Shown here: positions 24,166-37,500 of the stretch, in pieces | Numbering within the stretch: position 1 is the stretch's first letter | How the letters are laid out: each line of letters opens with the position of its first letter | Assembly (NCBI GenBank): GCA_013239625.1 | Contig: MU053629.1 | Location: 2,321,567-2,385,566, forward strand | Direction of reading: 5' to 3' | DNA length: 64,000 nt | From: Lama guanicoe | Taxonomy: Eukaryota | Position numbers and translations under genes: made by a program | Notes under the pieces: model-generated | What the model saw: only the letters and a program-made list of their open reading frames with translations | What the model was told of the DNA's origin: nothing | Database searches by the model: none

Positions 24166-27100
24166 GGGAAGTCTCCAAGCTTCTAGGTCCTGTCTTCTCT
24201 TCCCTCAGCAGTCTCTTCTATAATAACCTGTATTTCCTGCCAGCCACTCCTTCCTGGAACTTTGGGGAAGTTTTCTGAGCGTCCATTTGGCCAGTCACTG
24301 GATCAGAGCAAGGCAGGGTCTAAGACCTGCAGCTGAGAGTCTGCCCCGAGGCCCAGCTGGGAGCTTGAGGAGTTGGCAGTGAGGAAGTCTCCGAGGGCCA
24401 AGAAGGATCCCATGCTAAAAACAGCGCTGGGGGAAGGAAAGGCGGGATGGGCAGGAGCCAACAGACCCAGCCGTTCCCTCAGCAAGTGTCCTGGGGCTGC
24501 TTCTCCAGGAGCCTCCAGTTCTGTGTTCCTCACCGGATGGCGGGAGCTGCAGATGCCTGCAGGTGAGGAAATCCAGCCCTGCAGGAACTCCACCAGGGTG
24601 AGGTCACCTCCGACAGGGCCTCCGAGGGAGCCTGGCCTGTCTAGGACAGGGAGGGACTTGAACCAGCCTTGGAGCACCTTGCCAATTTGAACGAAGGAGT
24701 AGGGGTGCGATGGGCAGCATTTCCAGTACAGAGAAGCCCAGAAGGCCACTCAGGCCATCCAGCCTTTCCCAGGCTCCTCGCCTGTGTCCCACTGTGTGTC
24801 CGCACCATGGCCCATGAGTGTGGGGTTGTTAGGGCCTGGTAGATGAAGAAACTGAGCCTGCGGTGGGGTGTGCTGAATGCCAGGTGATGAGCTGGATCGT
24901 TCTGAAGGAGGGCACAGTGGGCCACGTGGGTTCCTGAGCCCCGGGAGTTTTCCTGGGCAACGTGCGGGGCTGTTTATTAGAGGGTAAGAGAGTGAAGGCC
25001 AGAGACAGTGTAGAGGCTGTCAGGGCAATACTGGGGGGTTGTGAGTCAGGCCTGGGCTAGGACGAGAGCCTGGGCACAGGCCTGGTGGGGTGGGGCTGGG
25101 GTGATGGGAGGTACAAGAAGGGATCATAAAAGCCCCACTCACCTGTTTTACACAAGGAAACTGAGGCCCAAAGAGGGAAAGGGGCTTGCTCAAGGTCACA
25201 CAAGAGGTGAATGGTAGAGTCAAGCTAGAAAGACCCTGAAAAGCTCAAGGACAGCCCCATTAAACACAGAACCAAGTTTCTTCCTATGATAGATCCTTGT
25301 CTCCCAGGGGTCAAGCCCCCCCTGAGGTTACCAGGGGTCCCAGGAAGACCCAGCTCGGCTTCCGTCTCACTGTGGGCCTTGAGGGCCTCCCCTCCCATTC
25401 CCTGCGCCACAGTTGCTCATCTGGGAAATGAGGCCACTGGGCAAGCTGACGGCTGTGGCCCCTTTCTGCTCCAAGCGCCCGGAGGAAGATGAGGCTAATG
25501 CTTCTTCCTCACTCTGGTCTCCCAGCCCCCAGTCCAGCCTGACACTGCCATGTGAGTGGGGCTGGCCTGCTGGGGCTCACATGCCTGAGAAGTGAGCGTC
25601 TGGTCCTGAGGAGGCAACATGATCTGTAAAGGATCCCTGACCCTCTCCTTTTGAACCCTGAAGGGGCCGTCTTGATCATGTGAGGACCACAGGGGGATTA
25701 GCTATGCTGAAATGGGAGGCCTGGGAGGCGGCCAGGGCACCTGGAGGAAAGGCTGGGGAGAGGGAGAGAAGTGACAGGAGAAGGAGGGTCTCCCAGCCTC
25801 AAGGGGAAGAGCTGAGCTGCTGGGAAGGGCCCTGCGGGGATCCGGCAGTGGGCAGGTGCCCCAGCCTCGCTCCTGTGGAGGGCTGTGGGACACCCACTTT
25901 CTGGCTGTAAGTTTCTGAGCATATGAACCAAGTCAAGGTGAGCTGTTCTGGGGGCCAGGCCGGAAGTAGGGGGCCTGGACCAGGGACCTAGGAGGAGGGG
26001 AAGGAGAGGTGTGGAGGGCCGGCCTGGAGAAAAGAGGAGGGAGGCAGAAGGGAAGGAGTTAGGGTCCCTGCATGGGGGCTATACAGGCAAAGGGTGTGTG
26101 TAGGGGACTTTGAATGGTGCCTGGTCCCTGATGTGTCACTGTCAGCTGTCACATACAGTCCCAGGCATGAGGAGACCTGGCATGGAGGGGCAGAAAGCAT
26201 TCTATGTGGATCCAGGCTGGGCCTGGGTTTCAGATCTTTCCACTCACTAGCTGTGTGCCCCTGGACAGGTTTCTTGGCCTCTCTGAGCCTCCGATGATTC
26301 TAGGACCAAATAGCAGTTGTTTCATCCTTACTGGGCAGGCTGAGATCAGGTATCAATCTTACCCAAGAATCTCCCATGCCCCTTGCTGTTCAAGTGACAC
26401 TTCTTTACCCAGGCACACCCTTCCCAGGCCCGGGGAGTGGCAGTGTACCTTAGCCTCCCACCCCACCGCATGCGAGGGGCTGCAGGGAAGCCTTCTCCGA
26501 GTGCCTCAGCCCCTCTAGAGGGGTTGAAGCCAATCCTGTGCAGTGAGGGGCTAAATGGGAGGCTGGGGCGGTGCAAGGACTTTCCCACACCTGCTTCACC
26601 CCTATAGCTCCCCTTCCCCCCACTCTCTGATGGGATAGCTGGGATTCCCTCCCTTTCTTCCAAGCTCTGTCCCTTCTTGCCTGCTTCACAACAGGGAGCG
26701 AATGTTATTTAAAAGGAGATCAGGAGATTTGCCTTAAATAGGCATAGAGTGCTGTGCCAGGGCCCAGGGTGTGGGGCGGGGGAGGAGGCCACCCTGGGTG
26801 GTGGAGAGAAGGGAGTGGCGCTGAAGGAGAGAACACCCTCCCCAGGGGTGTGCACAGCCCTTCACCGTTTACCTAGCTCAGTCCCTGGCTGCGGTAGATT
26901 GGTCACACAGGGCTTATTCCCAGCCTAACCCATTCTGAGGCAGGGGAAACTGAGGCCCAGCTCAGGGAGCTGACGGGTGTGCTAGCTGCCACACGGCATC
27001 TGAGGCGGATGCCGTGGTCGTTTTCCTGCAGCCCCTAGGAGCTGGGAGCAGGTGTTCCGGGAGGCAAGGGGCCCAGAAGCTAAGACCTCCTACAACGGGG

Positions 27101-28634
27101 ATGGGGCTTCTGCGGGGGTGAGGAGGGTCTTGGGGCCTCGCTCTGATACCTACCCCCACCACCAGGTCCCAGGCCTCTGGCTCCTGCCCCTGGGTTGCCC
27201 CTGCCTGTCCTCCCAGCCCCAGCTTGTAACTGGACGCCCTCCTCACTCGGCAGCTTCCCAGGTGAGCTGGGGCTCTGCTTACTGAACCCAACACCAGCTG
27301 GGGGAGGGCCGTGAGGGGGCACCTGGGGCGCGCGTGCCCCGGGAGGCTGCGAGGCTGATGGAGGGAGCTGGAGCCAAGGGGATACGAGATTGAGGAGCGG
27401 AAGGTGGGCTGGCTGTCAGCCTCCTCCCGGCGGGGCTGATCTGGCACCTGGGTTTACAACCCTATTCAGGGTCTCCTTCCAAGCTCCTCCCCTTCCATTT
27501 CAGCCCCTCCCAGCCATTTATGTCTCAGCAGGTGATGCTCTTGGAATCCTAAAGAAATGGAGTCAAGAGTGTGAGGTTTCAGGGACAAAGCTAGGGGCAA
27601 GGAAGCACGCCTGCTTCCTCCTTTGTGCAAAGGCCTTGAACTCTGAGGTGTGGCCTCAGACACCCATGTCCCTCCTGGCTCTGCCATTTACAGCCGTGTG
27701 ACCTTGAGCTGCCTGCCTTCTGAGAGCCTGCATCTCCTTTGTAAACTAAAGATCCCCCTCATAAAGTCGTCAAAGACGCTCAGATAAGAAGGTGGACCGA
27801 GGCAAGAAGAGGGGGGCGGTTATACACACACGCACCCTCAGCAGCTCCCTTCCCACAGAACGCCCTCCTGGAACAGAAGTCAGTGCCCAGCGGGCGCATC
27901 TGTGCTGCTAGGAAAGGCAGGCGCCGTGAAGCCACTTTCGTTTCCACCAGGATGCCCGCCCCAAGCCTTTACCGGGCGCCCTGGCCTCCCACCTGCCCGC
28001 CCACTGACAGGCACATGTGGGAAAAGGCGCGCTCGTCGACCCGGGCTAGGACTCCAGTTTGCTGTGGGAAGGAGAAGGGATAAAACTTCATTCTCACCTC
28101 GCCTTTAGAGGCTGGGCACAACCTAGGTCCTCTGGGAAGGAAGACTGAAAGAGAGCCTTTACTCTGGGCTCCTGCTAGTTCTCTTTGTTATTCGCTGGCC
28201 ACTGGAGAGGCAGGGAGAGGGGGAGGGACAGGGGAGGGAGGCTACAGGGTGGCCTCCTCAGGTATGTGTAATAAAGGCCGATAGGAACTAACCACGAGGG
28301 TTTACCACACGCCTGTCCCCACCCCAGCTCTTTACCTGTTGTATCCCCATTGCTAATGATGAAACTTGGGCTGAGGATTTAGGCAGCATGTCCAAGGTTA
28401 CATGGGACGTGGTGGAGCCAATATCTGGCTTCAGGACCCTCTGCTGACTGCAAAAAACCCAGGACCCTGGGACTTGGGTTCCAGATCCAAGATACCCAGT
28501 ACAAGCTTCTCAGCAAAGGAAACTACCCTTCCCTAAGCCTACTGTCTGCCCAGCTCCTGGGGTGGCCCTCCCAGGCACAGAGACTGGGAGACAAAGGACC
28601 CACCAGGTGTCTGGGAAGAGACTGAATGACCACT

Positions 28635-28652
28635 TGCTGCCACCTAGTGGTG
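28635..28652 (-). promoter_or_regulatory. Candidate CTCF site
   Basis: Minus strand CACCACTAGGTGGCAGCA closely matches the CTCF core CCASYAGRKGGCRS. Confidence 0.6.
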
Positions 28653-30933
28653 CATAGTGTGTAGTACTTGGGGAGCAGGAGGGCCTGGCTACTCTGGGAT
28701 GAAGTCTGAGCACCACCATTGGCCCTTCTGGGTTTGGCAGATTATGCCAGGACCTCAGAAAGGAGGTCATGCCTAGCTAGGCCCTCCCCTGGCCTCCTGA
28801 CTGAGGGTAGGGTGAAAGTAGGCACTCCAGTGGTCCTGCCATCTCAGCCCCACGTCATACTCTCTTCGGACAGCTCCACAAACACCAAGTGTTCTACCAC
28901 TGCCTAGCTCCCGGGGCCTCAGCTACCCTCTCTGTGAAATCAGAGGATGGCACTTTAATTTGCCAAAGATTTTATGAAGTGTCTCCTTTCTAAAGTCATC
29001 ATGCTGAATGCTTTGGCTCACAAAGACATCTAAGCCAGGTCTCTTAATACCAAGAGATCCACCTTATTCTAGGGGGAGACAGACATGGAAATTGCTAACT
29101 ACTCACAGAGGCACTGAGGGAGCATTGAGGCAGGGGAGACAAGACAAATGGGGGCCAGCAGGACGTGGGACCCACAGGAACCCCTCTCCCCCCAACCCCA
29201 GGGGCTCTCACCCCGTGCTGAGCACCCTCAGGGATAGGCCTTACTCCCTCAACTCCCATCTTCTCTTGCTTTAAAGTCTTTAAAGTGGACCAGTGAGCTC
29301 CATCCATCTTCCACGCCTCTGTACTTTTATACTACAGAGTTCTCTTTTCCTAAAAGCCTTTCTCCAACTTGTCCGCCTGACAAACTCATCTTCAGTCTTC
29401 CTTCTGGAGTGGAGGGGAGAGTAGGAAGTCCCCACGACTAGGCAAGCAGGAAGGAAACTGAAGGGGTTTCCATCCCCATTGTCCCCCACTAGCAGCAGCA
29501 CAGACACCCTCATCATCAGGGCTGCAGGCTCAGGGAGGCTGCAGGCAGGCCTTCCTGGTCCCCTAACTGCAGGCTTTCCACATCTTTTCATTCCTTTATT
29601 CTCTGCTATCTGCCTGCCTCATTCCAGGGGCTGAGCTGGCCCCTGGGACTGCAAGTCAGGAGACTCAGTCATGTTCTGAGAATGTTCTGGTGCAGGAGAC
29701 AGGCCCACAGCAAAGGACAGCACAATGTATGTGCTCAGAGACAGGAACCGACCATTCAGCCTAGAGAGGGGCGGGGCTAGGTGCTGGGAAACAGGAGGTG
29801 ACGTCGGGACAAGTCATGAAGGGTGAATCTGGGCAGTTCAGATGTACTACCAACACGTAGTGAAGTCAGGGAGGTGTGAGGGGAAGGCATTCACCCCAGA
29901 GTCCTTTTCTCCGACCATCCTCAAAGCGATCGCTCCCCCCCCTGCAAGTTCTGTTAGTCAATTATTTACTAACAGTTTGAGGTTATTTGCTTGCTTGTCT
30001 GTAATCGGTCTCCCTCCTGTAACCATGAGCATCCCGAGGCAGGGCCCTGTCGCTCTGGTTTGCTGTGGGGTCTCCGGTGTCTCCATGTCTCCATGAAGCC
30101 CACAGTGAAGTTCTGAGGCCCTGCAGACCCTCCGAACCACCATAGCACTGAGCCCCCGTTTAACCAGACACTCCCTGAGCACCCACTCTGTGCGCCGGGG
30201 CCTCCGCTGGTTTTTGGAAGGCAAGGCATCCAAGATTTCATGTACCCCAGCAACCAGCATGGTTTCATCCTTCTTGACTCCTTCCACCATTGACAGTTTT
30301 ACTTTTAAATAGTATTGCTTACACCTGAAACACTATAAATCAACTATACTTCAATAAATAAATAAATCAATAAATAGCCTTTGCTCTCTAGAGCTGCTAA
30401 TGCGTGCTTCCACTTTAACCCGTATTTACCAACCAGGATTGACACCTTTTCACTCTTAAGCTGTGACCCTTAATAGTCTTTGCCAGCGTATGAGGGCCCC
30501 TGAGCAGTTTCCATCAGGCTTTTTGATGAACCAAAGCTATGCTGATCCAAGCTGCAGCCCCAGCAAGGCACAAAATGAGAAAGTTTCAGCCGAGGCCCCC
30601 AGCATCTAGCCACTGTGACAGGCCCATTTCCCACCATGAGAATTCTCTAGAGTCTCTAGTGTGTGTCCTTGTTTGACTTTGGGTGGTGGCGATTCACCTT
30701 GTCATTTCATTGTGAGTCACCAGCCTCACTCAGGTAACTCAGCTTTTCCAAATTACAAGTGATATTAACAAAACCTCACATAAGGATGCACACTGTGAGC
30801 TCGGCCATTGTAACAGACACCTCTTGTGCATGTGGGTAGGGGCAGGAGCCTCCTTGGAAAGGGTCAGCCAGTGCCCCAGGCAGGGGTTCTTGGAGAGCAG
30901 AAGACAACTCGCAGTCCTCACACAATTCATGAG

Positions 30934-30939
30934 TTTATT
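30934..30939 (-). terminator. PIF1: PIF1 polyadenylation signal (AATAAA)
   Basis: tttatt on the + strand, about 600 nt downstream of the PIF1 stop; a TG-rich element follows on the minus strand. Confidence 0.7.
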
Positions 30940-31534
30940 TGTCCTAAATAAATACAGTCTGAGAGCATCTATTTCAATACCCCAACACATGATTTCTTCC
31001 CCAAAAGAGCAGCCTCAGGTAGAGGCAGTGCGTGTTCTCAGGTTGGGGTCTGGAGGGGGTTCGTCCTGACTTGTGCTGGGCTGGGTCTAGCTGTGAAGAT
31101 GCCCCCAGGTTCCCGTCTCTGCTTGGGGCCTGTACTCTGCCTGAGTCCTCCACCAGGACCCTGCCCGTCTGTTCCTGCTCTTGGAGCACCTGTTTCACCA
31201 CCTCTCCCCTCTGCAGCCCAAAGGGAGCGCCATTCACAAGTGTGTGGCCCCGAGGCAGACACCTCGCAGAGAGCTCTGTCCTAGAACGCCAGCCCCCACC
31301 ACAGGCCCATTCCCAACTCCTGACCCTGGAAGCATCTCCCCCAGGGCAAGGGGAGAAACTGAGGCACAGCTGGCAAATGGGTGGGAAGTACTCTCCCCTG
31401 AGCTCTGCCAGAAGGCTGAGAGCCCCTGATGAAGGGAGACAGGGACACTGACTACCCTCCCCCAGGTGCACCCTGGGGCCAGCCCACTAGGGAGCAGGAG
31501 GAGTGAAGACCATCCTTTGTCTTCTCTTTGCAGA

Positions 31535-31594
31535 TCAGAGGTTCGGGTCCACGTTCTCCTGGTCTGAGGCTGCCTCACTGTCATCTGGGGACCC
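31535..31594 (-). CDS. PIF1: PIF1 exon 13 (last coding exon): [19 protein letters not shown]
   Basis: Acceptor tccag|GGG; TGA at 31537-31535; homologous to the human C-terminus [19 protein letters not shown]. Confidence 0.92.
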   Translation of the reverse strand, partial: GSPDDSEAASDQENVDPNL

Positions 31595-34500
31595 CTGGAC
31601 CAGAGCCAAAGAAACTCAGTCATGGGCTTGTGCTGTCCCCCAGAGCCAGAGCCACAGCCTGGGGGCCAGCATTTCCTTCTTGCCCCTCCCTCCGCAATGG
31701 AGCCAGAGGAGGCTCTGCCATCTCCAGCCCAGGGTCCCTTGGGCTCCCCTCCATCCCAGCTCCCAGGCTGCCCACGGCCACATGGCCCACCATTGGGTGA
31801 CTCCTCTTACCGGGCTGAGGCCCCTGTCCTGCCGCAGGGTAGCATAGAAGCTCAGCACACGGGGGTCACAGCGAACTACCATAGGGTCAAAGTCCAGCAC
31901 ACGCAGGCCCTGCAAGCTGCGGGCCCGAGAAAGGGCCACGTAGGCCTGGCCACTGGCAAACACACGGCTCAGAGAGATCTCCACACAGTCCAGGGACATG
32001 CCCTGGGGGATGGAAGGACAGGGCTGGAACCAGCTCAACATTAATTTGTGTCCCATGTCCACTGGCCCAGCTGTTGCCCCTGATCTCCTTGCCCAGTCCA
32101 GAGTTTCCTCAAGCCAGAGAGACAGGCTGACAGCCGACTGGTGTCTGGGTCGGGGTCGTGGGGCCCAGGAGACAGAGATCTGGGATAAGACTGGAGGCAT
32201 AAGGATGAAAGGAAAGAGCTCAGGTCTGAGTCAGACAGGCATGGAAATGAATCCTGACTCTCTCTCACACTAGCTGTGTGACCTTAGACATGTTACTTAA
32301 CCTCTCTGAGCCTTGGTTTCTTCTGTAAAATAGGAATGATTATGTCACCTATACCTCATGTAGTTGTCATAAGGATACCAATGAACATATCTGGTAGTGG
32401 CTCAGAAAATGGCAGGGCAGGAGATGACAGAGAGAAAGTGTACGTATCCAGGAAAGAGAGGAGGCGGGATGGGAAATGCACGAAAGGTTTATTCTACAGC
32501 TGGCCTGGAACTTTCCATCCAGGGCAAGTTCAATCCCCACAAAGCCTTTACGACCCCCCTCCCCACCCCCTTCAACATGTCCCAGGCCCATCCTGTCCCC
32601 CTGTGCCATGTCCTGACCCCTCCCCCTCACTGGCTGCTCACCTGGCTCTTGTGGATGGATATCGCCCAGGCCAGCTGGAGGGGCAGCTGCTGCCGGCTGA
32701 GGAGCTGGCCCCCCGTAGCCTGCACCGTCCAGCGGTCAGCACGGATGACCTCGGTGACTCCACACAGGAACAGCACCTGGGGCAGCCCTGAGGGAGGTGT
32801 GAAGTCCCACCTTTCAGCTCTGCTTCAAGGCTCCGAGGTGAGGACCAGCCTCACCCTCCCATGCTAGCCTTTTCCGCTTCACACTAACCAGGGCCCCTGC
32901 TGCAACCCCAGCCAGTAGGACTGCTCCCCCGTCACTTACCTCTCCCCTTGGCCTCGAACCCGACTACCACCCCTCGGGCGCCATTCACTAGGCCCCGAGA
33001 CACTGCCAAGTTCTTCACCAGCATCACCTGCAAGGGGAAGGAAACTGGAGGTGTGGAGGGCAGTGCATCCCTACGCCTGGCCTCAGCTCCAGGGTCACTG
33101 CAGCCGTTCTCGGAGGCTGGGGGATGTCATGGAGCTGCGCTGAGTCTGCTGGGACCCCTGCAGCAAGCTGTTTTATTTCCCTAGATCTCAGTTTCCCCTT
33201 GTGTCAAAGGGGAATGACATTTGCTCAGTTTGCTCAGAAGGAGGGGGTAAAGAACAATAAGGTGACAGACATTGCAGGACTCTGAAAATGACATCTGTTA
33301 CAAGTGTGTGTATGGGCCACAGTCCTGAGGGACAGCCCTCTTCCAACCACTGTGCCTCCGATTTCCCCCTGGGTGCCTTTTGGAACCCGAGGAGAGGCTC
33401 CCATTTGGCCACTCTCACCATTGTGGAAGGAAGGGGGATGCTCACAGGACAGGGCACACTACAGAAGACAACCATGTGCGGGAGGTATCTTACTATGGAT
33501 TTAGAGATGAAGAAACCAAGCTTCAGCAAAGGAAAGGGATTTGTCTAAAGCAACGCTGCTTAGAGCTCCTGGGGTAGGAAGAGGAGGGCAGTGGAAAGCG
33601 GAAGATAGGAAGGCGGGTGGTAACAGGAGGGAAGGAGTTTGCTGTGGTCCCAGCTGGGCCCTCCGCCTGTGGAATGGTCTGTGCAGAGGGGCGAGGATCG
33701 TCGAGGCCCAAGCTCCCAGGATCTGGGCCCTGCTTCCCACTCACCTGCGCCCCCAGCTTTAGCTGAAGGAGCTGGCTAACGGGACACTGGGCATCCAGGG
33801 TCCGAGCCTGCTCAGGGTCACTGTCCATGGCCTCAAAGCTGTGTATTTCACCTGGGAAAAGAGAGTCAGGCAAACAGATTAATTACAAGCCACTGACTAG
33901 TGGCTCAATTTCTGAAAACATGTATCAGACCCAGGGCATGGCAGAGGTAGTAAGGACTAGCTGAGGCTTTGGAATCAGAGGCCTGGCTTCAAGTGTCACT
34001 TGCAGTGTTTGCTGGCTGAGTGATCTTGACCCATGCAAAGTCACATCTCTCAAAGTCACAATTACATCTGTAAATGTAAGGGACTTTATGGCCACAGAGT
34101 TTGGGGGCCTAGATATGCAAATGCTGCCAAGGGCCCAGGCTGCTTGGGCTCAGCTGGTCTTGCCCAGACCTAGCTCCTTGCTCACCTGGTAGCTCCTGCA
34201 GCCGCTTCTCGTTGGTAAGGGCCACGTCATCCTGGTGGGTGCAGAGCCTTGTGGCCACAATCCCATCTCGCCCCACTTTGTGGGCAGCTGTGGCCCGGAG
34301 CTGGCGGGTGACCTCATCCGAGCACCTGCGGAGACTGGGCCATCAGGGTGTGATACCTCAACACCAGGGAAGGCAGGGCACTTGGGCGGTCGTCCCAGGC
34401 TGTGGCCATGGGTCAGGCCTGGGGACTGGATGTGGACACCAGGGCAGGATTTGCTGGTTCCCCAGGCTGGCTTGTTCCTTCCTCACTTGGAGCATGGGGG

Positions 34501-37500
34501 TGGTGCTTGGCTGTGATCGTGAGTGTGCACCCTTCTCTGTGTCTGCTCCAGGTCAGAGCTAGCCACCGTCCCAGCCCCAGGGCTCCTGAGGAAGTTGGAT
34601 ATGAGGAGCAAGCACAGGCTAGAAATTTAGAGACCTAGAGGAGACATTGGGGTTGAAACCCTGTAATACTGGTACCCTATAATCAGATTAGCCTCCAGGC
34701 TACAATTTTCTAGCCCCTTGCCTACTGCCTTAGGGGAAAAAAAATCTAGCCTACGTTTCTATTTTCCCCCAATTCAAGTCCTCCTCCAGGGGAAGCCTGG
34801 GTGCTGCAGTAATTCAAGTGGGAGGAGGGGGAAGATTGGGACCACCTCTCACTGCTCTGCCACTCAGCCTTTCTCCTGTCCCCCACACTTGCTGGTGCGT
34901 GCTGTGCACCTTCCTACTTGCCTCCTGTCCCCAGGCATAGAAAGCCCTTCATCACCCCCCCCTCATTTCATCCCAACCTGACCTGGCTCTCAATGCCCAG
35001 CTCTGGCCCGTATCTTCCTCCTTCCTGGCCTCCTTTCCGCTCTGATGTTAGAGTAGTTGTAGCATTTCAACCTTTTGTCCCAGCTGGGGTGGGATCATGT
35101 CAGCAAACTCCCTTTCCCCACCAAGTGACCCCCACCACAGGCTCTAAGTAGAAGGAACTTGGGTTTTAGAGTCAGACCTATGGTCAAGTTCCAGCTCAGC
35201 CACTTTGGCAAGTCACTTCACCTCTTTGAACCCCAGTTTCTGAATCTGTGAAATGGGAGTGTTAACATCTCTGAATAAGTCTTGTCTCCATGTGCCCATA
35301 CTTCCCTGGGATGTGCTCTGTGCCAGGCCCTGTGCTGGGTGATAGGGACCCAACCCTGGGGGAGGCTGGGTCCCAGCGCTCACAGAGTGACTGTCTCCTA
35401 AGGAGCAGTGAAGCATTTCTCTTCCTTCTCTGGGTCTCTGTGCTCCTCTCTGACCCACGCTTGGATCTTCATCCTATGGCCCCTTCTCTATTCTCCAGGG
35501 CCCACCTGCCCAGCCGCACAGCTTGCAGCAGAGAGATGAAGGTCTTGTCTGCCTGTCTCCACACCTCAGTCAGCTCCAGGATCACTGGGACACACCTCCT
35601 CCAGCTCTTGGCCTGGTGGGGGCAAGGTGGGGGTGTCAGGGAACAGAGCAAACTCCTGTGGGGCTTAGGGCCAGAGGGTGAGTGGTACCTGGAAGCAGAA
35701 CTGTGGGGGCTGGGATCCCTTGGTTACGGGCGGCAGCTGCAGGAAGTCCCCACAGATGATCAGCTGGATCCCTCCAAATGGCTTGTTCTGCTGCCGGACA
35801 GCTCTGAAGAGGAGCACGGGGTGCTTTAGGGGCTGGGGCAGGTGGGTTCCATCTGGACCACCAGAACCCAGCCCTCATGGCACATACTGACCTGGCCACG
35901 GCCTCCAGCTTGTCAAACAGATCTGCCTCCACCATGGAGATCTCATCAATGACTAGCCGCTGACAGTTCAGCCAACCCTGCCGCACACCTGGCCGCTGGG
36001 CCAGGGCCACACACTGGGCCAGAGGAGCCTGGCCCGAGCCAATGCCTGTGAGTAACGCTATTCAGCCTGGGCTGAGAGCCCAGCCCTGTCTCAACACTGA
36101 CCTCCTCTCCCTTCCCACCAGCCTGGCTTGCTCCTTGTTCAAGCCCAAGGGGCTCTCACTTACCTGCAAAGGCATGGAGGGTAGTACCCCCGATGTGGCA
36201 GGCTGCCACTCCAGTGCTGGCAGTGGCCACAGTGCCTGTGGGAGGCAGGGAGCCCAGGATACGCTTCAACAGATAAGACTTCCCTGTCCCTGGGCAGAGG
36301 GCAAAGTCAGGGCCACCTCTCCTCCATCCCAGCGCACCGCCGTTCTCCCCACACCCACTCTGTCCCAACTACCTGCACTCCCTGTGAAGAAAATGCTCTG
36401 GCCTTTCAGGACGACCCTCAGCACAGCAGCTTGTTCCTTGGAAAGCTGTGGTTTGGTTGAGGGCAAGCTCAGCTTCTTCACAGGCATGGGCCACCTTGGG
36501 GATTCCTGAGGGGACAGGGCTGTCTCAGAGCCTCCCCACATCCCCTAGGCATTGTCCCCTCCATTCTTGGCCTGGTAGACCCTTGTGTCTCTGCTTGCTT
36601 CGCTCTGTAGAGGCCTTGGGCAGCCTTGGTTTATTTGGAGATCTTGCCAGTAACCTTAGGGGTCCAAGTCTCTCCTTGAGGAAGGGGCCAAGGCTGGGTC
36701 TCTGGGTCTCCACTGACCCCTGGTGCCGTGAAGACCCCTGTGTGGGGGTCCAGATTCTCCCTCAGCTCCCTCCCCTGGGTTCCCTAACTATCCTGGTCCT
36801 CTTACCCATCCTTCCTTTTCACTACTCTTCCTGTCACAAACCTCTCTCTCACCCCCAAACACCCAAGCAAAACCTTGCTTAGCCAGGGCCCCATCTCCAT
36901 CTTCTCACCAGCTTAATCTCAAACCCCCGTGGTCTGCGATCCATCTGTTCCAGTTCGCAAACACTGTCAACTCCCTGCCTCCCCAGACTTTGTCCCCCCA
37001 TCTGATTGGACCTGTTATCTGCCCCGACAGAGCTGACCCTCTCAGTCTCTCTGAAAGCTCCTCTCCTCCAGGGCGACCATATTCCTACTTTTCTTCTGAA
37101 TCACCTTCTCTGCTTTCTCTTTTAATGTGGCCTGGGTCCCCTTTTCCTATTATCGCTTGCCCCGTCTCAGGCTTTGCACTATGAGAAACACAGGCACAGT
37201 TCCCATATCCCTGTAATACTCATAAATCCAGTGGGCATCTTCTCTGAGACAACCAGCAGCCATCTCAAATACAGCCACCATCTCCCCCCACCCCCAAACT
37301 GGGGCCTCCTCGGTCTCTTCCATCTCAGTGGCACACCCACGCCCCTAGGCGTCGCCCCGTTCCTGTCCTCACGGTGCTGGGCTTGGTCTCTGACCGGGGC
37401 TCCGTGGGCCGCTTCACTGGCGTGGTGTCCGTGACCCGGGTGGCCGCCGCGCGCCGCAGCTCCTCGGGCTGCACGGGACTGATGGCGACGAAGTCGCGGG

